Shown here: positions 41,080 through 50,710 of the stretch, in pieces
How positions within the stretch are numbered: position 1 is the first letter of the stretch
Layout: each line of letters starts with the position of its first letter
DNA from: Candidatus Pacearchaeota archaeon
Lineage (GTDB): Archaea > Nanobdellota > Nanobdellia > Pacearchaeales > GW2011-AR1
DNA: 62,824 nucleotides
Assembly (NCBI GenBank): GCA_018303925.1
Contig: JAGVXF010000010.1
Location: forward strand, 1-62,824
Direction of reading: 5' to 3'
The notes under the pieces: generated by a model
What the model saw: the letters and a program-made list of their open reading frames with translations, nothing else
What the model was told of the DNA's origin: nothing
Databases searched by the model: none
Program-made: the position numbers and the translations under genes

Positions 41080-41448
41080 AAAAAAGAGAAAGACGGAGAG
41101 TTTTTAAGATTTCTTAATCCTGCAAAATGAAACATTTTTAGAAAGTCTTGAAGTTATGATTGCTGATATGTATGAGGGATTCAGGATAAATATCAATTCC
41201 CATAAAAACATTTTATAATCTCCTAAATTGTGGATGGCTACAAAAATAAATTTTTTATTGAAAAACCTTGATTCGATGGTCTTTAAGTTTTAAGTGAAAA
41301 GAAAAAAATATAAATAAAATAATAATTTCGGGAGTTAGTAACAATATTTGTGTTAAAAAATGGTTACGAAACTTTTACTTCAAAAGATTTTAATGGGTGA
41401 TATCAAGGAAGGTGCACGAAATATTAATTACTTTAGCATTTAATCCCA

Positions 41449-41757
41449 TCATTTCTTCTTTGCATCCTTTTTCTTGTTTTTATTTTTCCATGTTTCAAAA
41501 ATGAGTTTGTTTTTCTCAAATTTGAATCTTGAGAAAACGAAAAAGTATAAAATTGCAACGGCTCCGAATGTTCCAGCAATTGTGAAAGGAAGCGAGATAT
41601 AACTAAACAGCCCCACTAAAAATAGAAGAATAAACCATGGCCAGTGACTCTTTTTTGCTGCTTTCCACATTGCAAGAAGCTCCCAGGTAATTCCCCAGAC
41701 TAATACCAAGATGCTTATTACCTCTTGTCCAATTGGAGTAGCCAAAAATTCAAACAT
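41449..41757 (-). CDS. small membrane protein (DUF5652-like)
   Basis: WELLAMWKAAKKSHWPWF. Confidence 0.65.
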   Translation of the reverse strand: MFEFLATPIGQEVISILVLVWGITWELLAMWKAAKKSHWPWFILLFLVGLFSYISLPFTIAGTFGAVAILYFFVFSRFKFEKNKLIFETWKNKNKKKDAKKK

Positions 41758-41895
41758 AGAATAAACAAGATATTTTCTTTTAAAAAGATTGTGAATTTTT
41801 AGTATGCCAGCTAAACTTGCAAACCTCCTAAAATTTTTCATTTCAAAATAGTCAAGAAACTTTAAATACATCCAATTTTATTTTCAACCTGTTAA

Positions 41896-41911
41896 ATACC
41901 ACTTGTGGTAA
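41896..41911. promoter_or_regulatory. candidate NrdR box
   Basis: Palindromic ATACCACTTGTGGTAA upstream of nrdR-nrdJ. Confidence 0.45.
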
Positions 41912-41955
41912 CAAAAAGAGGTTATAAGTGCAATAGGTTGCACTTGAAAAAAATT

Positions 41956-42393
41956 ATGAATTGCCCGTTTTGCCATAGTACAACATTAAAGGTAACCAAT
42001 AAAAGAAATTCTATTGAAGGGATAAGGAGAAGAAGAGAATGCTTGAAATGCAAAAAACGTTTTACTACGTATGAAAAAATTGCCGAATACGACATTTATG
42101 TCATTAAAAAGGACTCTTCAAGGGAAAAATTTGACCCAGACAAACTGAAAATGGGGCTTGACAAAGCTTTTGAAAAAAGGCCGGTCTCAAAAGATAAAAT
42201 AAATTCAATAGTTTCGGAGATTGAAGAACTGATAAGAAAAAAAGGGAAAACGGAAATAAGGAGCAAATTAATAGGGGAGATTATGATGAAGAAAATAAAA
42301 AAACTTGACAAGGTGGCTTACGTCAGATTTGCATCAGTTTACAGGGATTTTAAGGATATAGAAGATTTTAAAGAGGAATTGAAGGAGTTATAA
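41956..42393 (+). CDS. nrdR: transcriptional repressor NrdR
   Basis: CPFC...IRRRRECLKC.KRFTTYE, ATP cone, VAYVRFASVYRDF. Confidence 0.96.
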   Translation: MNCPFCHSTTLKVTNKRNSIEGIRRRRECLKCKKRFTTYEKIAEYDIYVIKKDSSREKFDPDKLKMGLDKAFEKRPVSKDKINSIVSEIEELIRKKGKTEIRSKLIGEIMMKKIKKLDKVAYVRFASVYRDFKDIEDFKEELKEL

Positions 42394-44894
42394 TGACGGA
42401 TGAAAATTTAAATAAACCGCTGAAAAAATTAACAAACCTTAATATGAATATTAATCAATTGAAAGTCATTAAGGACAAATACCTTAAAGATTCTCCTACA
42501 GTGGAAGACTGGATAAGAGCAATTTGCCACAGCATTGCACTCTCTGAGATTCTTCATTCTGGAAAAGTAAGCGATGAAGAAATCTTTCGCGGAATTAACC
42601 ATGAAATCATTTCATATGATTCAATGGGAAAAACGGGAAAAATGTATTTACTTCATAAGGGGCTTGAGGATCATAATGAAAGAAAGAAAAATTTTAATAA
42701 ATTCATACAAAACCTGGAAGGAATAAATAAAAAATATCCCGAACTAATAAAAGAAACAGAAGAGAAATTTTACAATCTTTTATCAAGTTTTAATTTTTTG
42801 CCGAATTCCCCCACCTTAATGAATGCGGGAAGGGAACTTCAGCAGTTGTCGGCATGCTTTGTTTTACCTGTGGGTGATTCAATTGAAGAAATTTATGAAT
42901 CTTTGAAAAATATGGCTTTAGTTCACAAGAGCGGAGGAGGAACCGGGTTCTCATTTTCAAATTTGAGGCCCGCAAAAGATGTTGTGATTTCAACAAAAGG
43001 AATTTCTTCAGGCCCTCTTTCATTCATGCAGATTTTTGATAAGTCTACGGAAGTTGTCAAGCAGGGAGGTACAAGAAGAGGAGCAAATATGGGTATTCTT
43101 CATTACACGCATCCCGATATACTCAAGTTTATTGACATGAAAAAAACGCCGGGGGTTATGGAGAATTTTAATGTTTCTGTTACAATAGATGAAAGGTTCA
43201 TGAATGCAGTTAAAAATAACAAGGAATATGAATTAATTAATCCAAGAAGCCATGAGATTGCTGGAAAAATTAATGCAAAAGATGTCTGGGATAAACTCGT
43301 CAGAGGAGCCTGGGAGACAGGAGACCCCGGGATAATAATTATTGACAGAATAAACAATACAGGAAGTAATGCGACACCTCACCTTGGGCAAATTGAATCA
43401 ACGAATCCATGCGGTGAACAGCCTCTTTTGCCGTATGAGCCCTGTAATCTTGGCTCAATAAATCTTTCAAATTTTGTTGATGAGAACAAAAAAAATTTTG
43501 ACTATGAAAAACTAATTGAGACTGTAAAACTTTCGACAAGATTTCTTGATGATGTTATAGATGTAAATTGCTATCCTATCCCGAAAATTGAAGAAATCGC
43601 AAAAAAAACAAGAAGAATTGGTCTTGGGGTTATGGGATGGGCGGAAGCACTTGTTAAATTGAAAATTCCATACAATTCTCCTGAAGCCCTTCTTAAAGCT
43701 GAAGAATTAATGAAAGTGATAAATGAAACGTGCCTTGAGTATTCAAACGAGCTTGCAAAAACCCGGGGAGTTTTTCCTGCTTTTAAAGGAAGTGTTTATG
43801 ACAAAGAAGGTCCTTACTTTAGGAATTACGAAACTTATCCCAGACATTCAGCAAGAACAACAATTGCACCAACGGGGACAATTGCAATTACTGCGGGTCT
43901 GCAAGGGTCGGGAATTGAGCCGTTTTTTGCAGTTGCTTATGTGAGATATAATGCTGCCGGAATCGACGCTTTAAAAAAAGGAGAAACTCCTTCTGGGAAA
44001 GATACCTTTTTTGAAGTAAATCCACTTTTTGAAAAAATCGCCAGAGAAAACAATTATTTTGGTCTTAAAAAAGAAGACCTTTATATAAAAGTTAATGACA
44101 ATCACAAATCCTTATTGGGAATAAAAGAAATTCCTGAAAAAATTCAAAAATTGTTTTTAACTTCACACGATCTAAACCCAAGGGAGCACGTTTTGATGCA
44201 GTGCTCCTTTCAAAAATATACAGACAATGCAGTATCAAAGACTGTCAATTTAAGAAATGAAGCAACTGTTGAAGATGTTGACGAAGTTTACAGGCTTGCT
44301 TACGAAAACGGCGCGAAAGGTGTTACGATCTACAGGGATGGGAGTAAGCAATTTCAGATTCTAAACATTAATGAAAAGGGTAAAAAAGAAGTAAAAAAAG
44401 ATTTGCCCGAGTTTGCTGACTATTACCCGCTCGAAACAGGCCAGGGTCCGATTCATATACATATAAATTACAATGAAGAAAGAATTTCAAAGATTTTTGC
44501 AAATTTGTCCCCTATCGGAACTGAAATTTCAGGAATGGCAACGTCCCTCGCAATTGTTCTTTCAAAATATTTTGAGCTTGGCGGAGACCCTGTGAGAATT
44601 TTAAAGCATCTTAATTCTATAAAGTCAGAAAAGCCTTACGGCTTTGGAAAAAACAGAGTTGATTCAGTTCCACATGCTTTTTCAATAGCAATAAGAAATC
44701 ACCTGATAAAAACAGGAAAATTAAAATCCATAGACAATGGAAATGGTTTTTTATATGCCAACGGAGAAGTTGCAGAAATTGATAAAAATGTGAAGACTCT
44801 TTATTGCTCTAAATGTTTTAGCTCCAACGTCGGAATGATTTCAGGATGCACAGAGCCAACATGCTTTGACTGCGGGTATAGTAAATGCAGTTGA
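42393..44894 (+). CDS. nrdJ: class II (adenosylcobalamin-dependent) ribonucleotide reductase
   Basis: PNSPTLMNAG, SACFV, GGTRRGANM, TNPCGEQPL, TIAPTGT, KGVTIYRDGS, C-terminal CxxC/CxxC. Confidence 0.95.
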   Translation: MTDENLNKPLKKLTNLNMNINQLKVIKDKYLKDSPTVEDWIRAICHSIALSEILHSGKVSDEEIFRGINHEIISYDSMGKTGKMYLLHKGLEDHNERKKNFNKFIQNLEGINKKYPELIKETEEKFYNLLSSFNFLPNSPTLMNAGRELQQLSACFVLPVGDSIEEIYESLKNMALVHKSGGGTGFSFSNLRPAKDVVISTKGISSGPLSFMQIFDKSTEVVKQGGTRRGANMGILHYTHPDILKFIDMKKTPGVMENFNVSVTIDERFMNAVKNNKEYELINPRSHEIAGKINAKDVWDKLVRGAWETGDPGIIIIDRINNTGSNATPHLGQIESTNPCGEQPLLPYEPCNLGSINLSNFVDENKKNFDYEKLIETVKLSTRFLDDVIDVNCYPIPKIEEIAKKTRRIGLGVMGWAEALVKLKIPYNSPEALLKAEELMKVINETCLEYSNELAKTRGVFPAFKGSVYDKEGPYFRNYETYPRHSARTTIAPTGTIAITAGLQGSGIEPFFAVAYVRYNAAGIDALKKGETPSGKDTFFEVNPLFEKIARENNYFGLKKEDLYIKVNDNHKSLLGIKEIPEKIQKLFLTSHDLNPREHVLMQCSFQKYTDNAVSKTVNLRNEATVEDVDEVYRLAYENGAKGVTIYRDGSKQFQILNINEKGKKEVKKDLPEFADYYPLETGQGPIHIHINYNEERISKIFANLSPIGTEISGMATSLAIVLSKYFELGGDPVRILKHLNSIKSEKPYGFGKNRVDSVPHAFSIAIRNHLIKTGKLKSIDNGNGFLYANGEVAEIDKNVKTLYCSKCFSSNVGMISGCTEPTCFDCGYSKCS

Positions 44895-44913
44895 ACATCG
44901 CAATTAAGAGACC
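44894..44913. repeat. terminal attC-like half site overlapping the nrdJ stop codon
   Basis: AACATCGCAATTAAGAG vs AACATCGCGATTAAGAG at 52069. Confidence 0.7.
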
Positions 44914-45037
44914 TGAAAGGCACAAGGCGAAGCACTCGTGAGTTTTTTCTGCAAGAAAAAATACTGAAGCGAAGCGTAGGTATAGTATGACGCAGGAATT
45001 TGTTTAGGTTTTTACTTATCAAGAAAGATATTTCACA

Positions 45038-45358
45038 CTATCTACTAACTTTTTTATCGATAAATATAGCAATGATATAGATAATAACTAAATTGATAAG
45101 AAACAATAATATTGAGAAATTAGCTCCGAATACCATATCATCTATTATATAAGTTGGTGTAAAGAAAGCGGGAAATCCAATTCCTAATTGTGAATTAAAA
45201 CAATTTGCAGAACTGGTTACACACCTTAGCATTATTGCAAAAGGTAATCCACTTAAGAATTATTCAAGAATGAAATTAATTATTGTTAATGCTAATAGAC
45301 TTAGGAATGAGTATGTAATCTTATTTTTATTCGGTTTAATTAATTCTTTCCAGTTCAT
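45038..45358 (-). pseudogene. cassette membrane protein with in-frame TAA (45260-45262)
   Basis: MNWKELIKPNKNKI...ILE*FLSGLP continues into ORF 45038..45232. Confidence 0.6.
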
Positions 45359-45450
45359 CTATACAAAAATATCCAATTACTTATTAATATTGATCGGTAA
45401 TTTCAATCTAAGTAAAAAAACCGTTAAGAATAAATTCTGAGTAATATTGT

Positions 45451-45553
45451 TTATAACGTCAGGGATATACGAAGTTTTTCTGGAGCGAAGCGGAAGAAAA
45501 ATTTGAGCGAAGCTCGAGTGGCAGAGCGAAGCGAAAGTCTGCAAGACGTTCCC
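45451..45553. repeat. divergent attC-like site
   Basis: TATAACGTC (AAC 45455-45457) ... GACGTT (45545-45550) enclosing GCGAAGC hairpins. Confidence 0.45.
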
Positions 45554-45627
45554 AAAATCAGAATGATTTTGAGTTCAAAAAAGTGCGATACAATAAATTT
45601 ATATAATTCTTTAGAATTATCCTTTTT

Positions 45628-46137
45628 ATGGTAGAAATTGTTTTTCAAAGAAAGTATAAAGTAGATAGAGATTCTTTTTCCGAAGAAATAAGAACAAAAT
45701 TTAGTTTTGCTAATGAATATTTTGAAGTTTTGTTAAGTGAAACAGAAGGAGAATCGAAAAATACAGACAGTTTCATTCTAAAAATAATAAAAAGACAAAA
45801 CTTCAAAGAAGAATATACTAAGTTAAATGAAAAAGAAAAGGAATTTGCAAGAGATTTAATTTATACAATTATACAATTAAATCCAAAATTAATTGAAAAG
45901 AAATTTGTCCTGAATGCTCTTTCTAATGAAGAAGCAAAAGGGAAGAAAGCAATTATGAGTTCATTAGAATTGATTGACAAATTTCTTGAAGAAAAAGAAA
46001 AAAATAAAAATAATAAACAAATTCCTTTTCTTGAATCTCAAAACAAATTTTTTTGGATAATAACTGCGGTTGGAAAAAGAATCGTTTCAGCAAATTCTGA
46101 TTATATAGAAAAAAACAATTTCGTAAAAATACTCTAA
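45628..46137 (+). CDS. cassette hypothetical protein
   Basis: 169-aa ORF flanked by a 13-bp inverted repeat. Confidence 0.7.
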   Translation: MVEIVFQRKYKVDRDSFSEEIRTKFSFANEYFEVLLSETEGESKNTDSFILKIIKRQNFKEEYTKLNEKEKEFARDLIYTIIQLNPKLIEKKFVLNALSNEEAKGKKAIMSSLELIDKFLEEKEKNKNNKQIPFLESQNKFFWIITAVGKRIVSANSDYIEKNNFVKIL

Positions 46138-46156
46138 GAGCACTTTTTTGAATTTC

Positions 46157-46246
46157 ATTTAACATCAGGATTATGAGAAGTTCGCCGTAGGCGAATTTAG
46201 GTGTAGCGAGGTGCAACCGAGCGAAACCGTTAAATCGCTGTTAGTT
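46157..46246. repeat. attC-like site
   Basis: ATTTAACATCAGGATT ... AAATCGCTGTTAGTT. Confidence 0.7.
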
Positions 46247-46526
46247 GCCCACGAATACTTGGAGTGGTTGATTTTTAGTGCAACGATGCCGAAGGCAAAA
46301 TTTTAGAGTTAAAGCGAACTCTGGGATGGTGGGAACGCCAGAAATTTTTATAATATTTCAGATTGTCGCCGTCGTTTTCGTAAGTTGGGGGGCAGTAGTT
46401 TTTTGCTTCTTTTTTTCTAAAAAAGAAGAATTTTTGAGGGGGTTTCGGTCGTCACTATATAATGGGCCAAAAGATTTAAATATAATGCTCATTTATTTAC
46501 ATTTGTATTCAAATGAGGGAAATAAA

Positions 46527-46667
46527 ATGGTTCAAAAAAATGTGACTCTAAGTCTTGATGAAGACACTTACGAAAAATATAGAGAATTTTGTAAGAAAAA
46601 TGCTGTTGCCTTATCAAGAAGTATAGAAGTATTCATGGAAGAAAAAACAAAAAGGGGGGAAAAATGA
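46527..46667 (+). CDS. ribbon-helix-helix/CopG-like small regulator
   Basis: KNVTLSLDEDTYEKY...LSRSIEVFM; overlaps MTase start. Confidence 0.7.
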   Translation: MVQKNVTLSLDEDTYEKYREFCKKNAVALSRSIEVFMEEKTKRGEK

Positions 46668-48265
46668 GCCAAGAACTTTTATCAGTAGGTCAGGCATCTC
46701 AATGGGCGAGTGATTATTTAGACAGACCCGTGACTACTTCCAATATTAGTTATTTAATCCAGTACGCAAAAATTAAGAAATATCTTGATGAAGAAAAGAA
46801 AATAAAAGTCAATCTAAATGAATTAAAAGAATATTATGATGAAAATTTAGTAAAAAAACAAGAGTCATGGAAAAGCCAATTAGGGAAAGATTTAAACTGG
46901 GCATTATCTTTCTCGCATTTAAGAGAATCTGATACGACAAAACACGTTCATAGACTACACCCCTATAAAGGAAAGTTTATACCTCAACTTGTAGAATATT
47001 TCTTGGATTCTCATCTAAACACTTTTAAGAAAAAGGTCTTTTTTAAAGAAGGTAATATAATTCTTGACCCATTTATGGGAAGCGGAACAACGCTCGTTCA
47101 ATCATCCGAGATAGGTTTACATTCCATTGGGATAGATGTTTCTGATTTTAATTGTTTAATTTCCAAAGTTAAAATTGAAAAATATGATTTAGTTAGATTG
47201 GATAGAAAAGCAAGAGACATTTGTTTTAAAACAAGAGAATTTAGCCAAAAAGTATTTGATGATTCATTTGATGAACAATTAAAAGAAAAATTAAACGAAT
47301 TTAATAAAAAATATTTTCCTAATCCTGAGTTTAAGAGTAATGTTTGGAAAGGTATAATTAGAAACGAAGAACAATATGGGGAAGAAAAGTTAAAGCAGTT
47401 TCTAAAGGAAAATGAAGAATTTTTTAAAAAGAATGGAACAAAAGACAAATCTAACTTATTAAGTGAAAAAGAGATGAATAATTTTCTCAATAAGTGGTTT
47501 TCAAGAAGAGTAAGACAAGAATTATTTTATTATATAAAACTTTTAAGGGAAATTGGGGATGAAGACTTAAAAAATGTTCTAAGAATTATTTTAAGTAGAA
47601 CTGCTCGTTCGTGTAGGGCTACAACCCACTCGGATTTAGCGACATTAACAGAACCTCAAAATGGACCATATTATTGTAGAAAACACAAGAAATTATGCAC
47701 CCCGATAAACTCTATTGTTAAACACTTAATAAGATACACTTATGACACAATAAACAGATTAAATGAGTTTTCTAAATTAAAAAAAAGTGTATTTAGTAAT
47801 GTTATTCATGGAGATTCAAGAGAAGTAGATATTTTTGGAGAAATCAAAACGCAAAATCCTGAATTTTACAAGTTTTTAGTAAATAAAAAAATAGATGGAG
47901 TTTTTACTTCTCCGCCTTATGTTGGTCAAATAGATTACCATGAACAACACGCTTATGCTTATGAGCTTTTTGATATTGCAAGAAAAGATGATAAAGAAAT
48001 AGGCCCTTTATTCAACGGACAAGGACAGAAAGCAAGGGAGGAATATGTTAAAGGGATAAGCAAAGTTTTCATAAATATAAGTAAATTTGTAAAAGATGAT
48101 GGAGACTTTTTTGTTGTTGCAAATGATAAATATAATCTTTATCCTATAATTGCTGAAAAAAGCGGATTAAAAATAGTAGAACAATTTAAAAGACCTGTTC
48201 TAAACCGAACAGAGCGAGATAGACAACCTTATGCAGAGATTATATTTCATATGAGAAAAAAGTAA
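46664..48265 (+). CDS. DNA amino-methyltransferase (N4-cytosine type) with N-terminal HTH-like region
   Basis: HPYKGKFIPQL, ILDPFMGSGTT, FTSPPY. Confidence 0.9.
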   Translation: MSQELLSVGQASQWASDYLDRPVTTSNISYLIQYAKIKKYLDEEKKIKVNLNELKEYYDENLVKKQESWKSQLGKDLNWALSFSHLRESDTTKHVHRLHPYKGKFIPQLVEYFLDSHLNTFKKKVFFKEGNIILDPFMGSGTTLVQSSEIGLHSIGIDVSDFNCLISKVKIEKYDLVRLDRKARDICFKTREFSQKVFDDSFDEQLKEKLNEFNKKYFPNPEFKSNVWKGIIRNEEQYGEEKLKQFLKENEEFFKKNGTKDKSNLLSEKEMNNFLNKWFSRRVRQELFYYIKLLREIGDEDLKNVLRIILSRTARSCRATTHSDLATLTEPQNGPYYCRKHKKLCTPINSIVKHLIRYTYDTINRLNEFSKLKKSVFSNVIHGDSREVDIFGEIKTQNPEFYKFLVNKKIDGVFTSPPYVGQIDYHEQHAYAYELFDIARKDDKEIGPLFNGQGQKAREEYVKGISKVFINISKFVKDDGDFFVVANDKYNLYPIIAEKSGLKIVEQFKRPVLNRTERDRQPYAEIIFHMRKK

Positions 48266-48266
48266 T

Positions 48267-48980
48267 TTATTTTTCCATCCTTTCTAGTGTTATTTCTGGG
48301 AGTCCAAATTTATCAGCTAATAAAATATAAAATCCTTCTGTTAAAACATTTAATTCATTTATTTCCATCATGAATTTGACTAAGGGCATCTCTCTAGGGT
48401 TTGTATCGAATATATCGGAACACAACTTTAACTTTCCACCTTGACCATGTTCCCAAAAGAAAGTATAATGTGTAAGGGAATTCCTTGTTCCAGAATCAAA
48501 ATAATTTAGATATTTGTTTGTAGAATATTTTTGTTTTAGGAAATTGATAGCGTTTCCAATACCATGGATTTCTTTATGATTCTTCCCAAATTTTTTCCAA
48601 TCAATAAAGAATAAAAAATAAATTTTTAATCTCTCTAAAAAAGTAACATATGTGTTTACCAAGATAGAATGATAATGTTCTCCCAATCTAAAAGTGTCTC
48701 CAATATTAAATGCTTTTTTTAAGCATTCTAATTTTTCTTCAGTTTCTTTTTTATTGCTTGAATTAAATACTGAACCAAAATCTTTAGATAATTTTAAAGC
48801 CATATTACAACTTTTTGTAATATTCTGTAATCTTGTTACCTGTTCTTCTGAGAAATTTCTTAACAAAAGTCCATCTGAATCAAGATTATTAATTAGTTCC
48901 TTAATTGAGATTTCATAATCTTCAAAAAATTTTCTTAATCCGCTTCCCATCCCAGATTTAAAATTTTCGATGCTTGTCAT
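48267..48980 (-). CDS. hypothetical protein with HEPN-like RxxxxH motif
   Basis: RNSLTH in a helical protein; abuts the REase gene. Confidence 0.55.
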   Translation of the reverse strand: MTSIENFKSGMGSGLRKFFEDYEISIKELINNLDSDGLLLRNFSEEQVTRLQNITKSCNMALKLSKDFGSVFNSSNKKETEEKLECLKKAFNIGDTFRLGEHYHSILVNTYVTFLERLKIYFLFFIDWKKFGKNHKEIHGIGNAINFLKQKYSTNKYLNYFDSGTRNSLTHYTFFWEHGQGGKLKLCSDIFDTNPREMPLVKFMMEINELNVLTEGFYILLADKFGLPEITLERMEK

Positions 48981-49754
48981 TTAAACATCCATTTTCTTTT
49001 CAGCAACTTCTTTTATCTTATTCTGTATTTTTTCCTTAAACTCTTTACCAACTTCATCAAAGATTTCTAAAACTTCTTCATAAGTTCCTTTTCCACCAAG
49101 AAGTTCCCAGAATTTTTCAGCAACATAAAGCTCTTTTTCTTCATCCAAAAATCCTTGCATTGTAAATCTGTTATATGGTTCTGGATGATAAGGATTATAA
49201 GGAATAGCCAAAATTGTATTTACTTTCTTTTTTCTGAGTGCAACCCATTCCAATAACTTCTGCTTTGATTTAACAAAAACATCTATATTGGGTTTTGCTG
49301 TTTTTATCTCAATATAATATTCATCATTGCCTTTCTTTAAGAATAAATCGGCTCTGACTTTTATTTTTCTTCCACCATTTTTGTTACATTGCAAAATATC
49401 TTTTATTTCTTTTTCTTTATTTGCAGTTCTTGTTCCATTCTTTATTTCTTGAAGAATCTGGGAAATTACAGAGTTCTCTTCATTTGTAATTTCTCCCTCA
49501 ACATCATAACCAGTTTTTACTTCATCGTAATGAGCTAATGCGACAATTTCAGAAATTTTCTCATAAACTGACATTCCCAATGTTGTAGCTAATGAATGTA
49601 TGAAAGAATAAGAAGCTACTTTTTCGGAATCTTGCATAAGTTTAACCAAAAAAGGCATAGAGGTTGTTTCTCTTACATATTTGGACAACTTGTCATTTAG
49701 TTTTGACCTTAGCAAATTCTTGATTTCGTTAATTTGATTTTCATTGAGTGTCAT
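48981..49754 (-). CDS. Type II restriction endonuclease, TdeIII-like
   Basis: SLATTLGMSVYE, ADLFL...IEIKTAKPN, AIPYNPY; converges on an MTase. Confidence 0.82.
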   Translation of the reverse strand: MTLNENQINEIKNLLRSKLNDKLSKYVRETTSMPFLVKLMQDSEKVASYSFIHSLATTLGMSVYEKISEIVALAHYDEVKTGYDVEGEITNEENSVISQILQEIKNGTRTANKEKEIKDILQCNKNGGRKIKVRADLFLKKGNDEYYIEIKTAKPNIDVFVKSKQKLLEWVALRKKKVNTILAIPYNPYHPEPYNRFTMQGFLDEEKELYVAEKFWELLGGKGTYEEVLEIFDEVGKEFKEKIQNKIKEVAEKKMDV

Positions 49755-50065
49755 CTTAATAAGAAAGATTGCCTTTTATTTATAAATGCTATTATTTACG
49801 TAACCGAAACCCCCTCTTTCTTTAATAAAAAACAAGAAAAATATTTGGGTGCAACGAAGTGAAACCTCTTATCGTTTGTTAGGCGAAATTTTAATTTCGT
49901 GAGTTCTCTCGTTGGTTCGATAAGAGAAGTATTTTTCTGTTTTTACAATCGAGCAAACCACAGTTTGCGAGACTATCTGTCGCGTGAGCGACTTCGAGCC
50001 GATCCCCTAATTTTTCTGAAAGAAAAATATTCGTAATCGTTTTCGAGCCCACCGAGTAATATGTC

Positions 50066-50193
50066 GCCTAACATCGCGATTAAGCGACCCGTAGGGCTCG
50101 GGCGGAGTGAAACGACCCCGAGTGTTTTTGCGAAGCAAAAATATGGGTGGAAAAACCTGCAAGGTTTTGGAACCGCTTAATCTGCTGTTAGTT
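50066..50193. repeat. attC-like site
   Basis: GCCTAACATCGCGATTAAGCG ... CGCTTAATCTGCTGTTAGTT. Confidence 0.85.
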
Positions 50194-50386
50194 TCTCCCG
50201 AATACTTGGAGGGATTGATTTTTAGTGCAACGATGCCGAAGGCAAAAAATCAAAGTCGTCGTGTCTATTGTTTTTTATGGGGGTTTACGCCGCCGTTTTT
50301 TGCTTCTTTTTTTAAAAAAGAAGAGTGGGGATTTCCGTTTAATGACCAAAAGATATTTAAATATTAGCTTATTCTAATACAAGAAT

Positions 50387-50701
50387 ATGAAAGAACTATA
50401 TGAAATTCATGCTGAAATGTGCAAAGTATTTTCAAATTCAACAAGGTTGGAAATATTGAATTTATTGAGAGATAAAGAATTATCAGTAACAGAATTGATA
50501 AAAAAGACAAGATTAAGTCAAGCCAATATCTCCCAGCATTTGTCAATTATGAAATCCAAAGGAATTGTTGTCTCAAATAGAAAGGGCAAGAATATCTATT
50601 ACAGACTCACAAATCCAAAAATAATCAAAGCATTTGATATAATAAGAGATGTTTTGGCTGAAAAATTAAAGAAAAATGGGAAATATGTTAAAAACTTATG
50701 A
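50387..50701 (+). CDS. ArsR/SmtB family transcriptional regulator
   Basis: CKVFSNSTRLEIL, SQANISQHL, RKGKNIYY. Confidence 0.92.
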   Translation: MKELYEIHAEMCKVFSNSTRLEILNLLRDKELSVTELIKKTRLSQANISQHLSIMKSKGIVVSNRKGKNIYYRLTNPKIIKAFDIIRDVLAEKLKKNGKYVKNL

Positions 50702-50710
50702 GGTGCTAGA

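Noticed and set aside
21451..45262. TAA stop-codon reassignment
   Set aside because: TAA terminates most conserved genes here; interruptions occur only in accessory ORFs
46278..46526. N-terminal extension of ORF 46278..46667
   Set aside because: It runs through the non-coding repeat scaffold; only 46527..46667 looks like a real RHH protein
50107..50367. 86-aa ORF (likewise 45451..45648, 44801..45022, 53234..53440)
   Set aside because: They lie over structured repeat DNA and have no protein-like features
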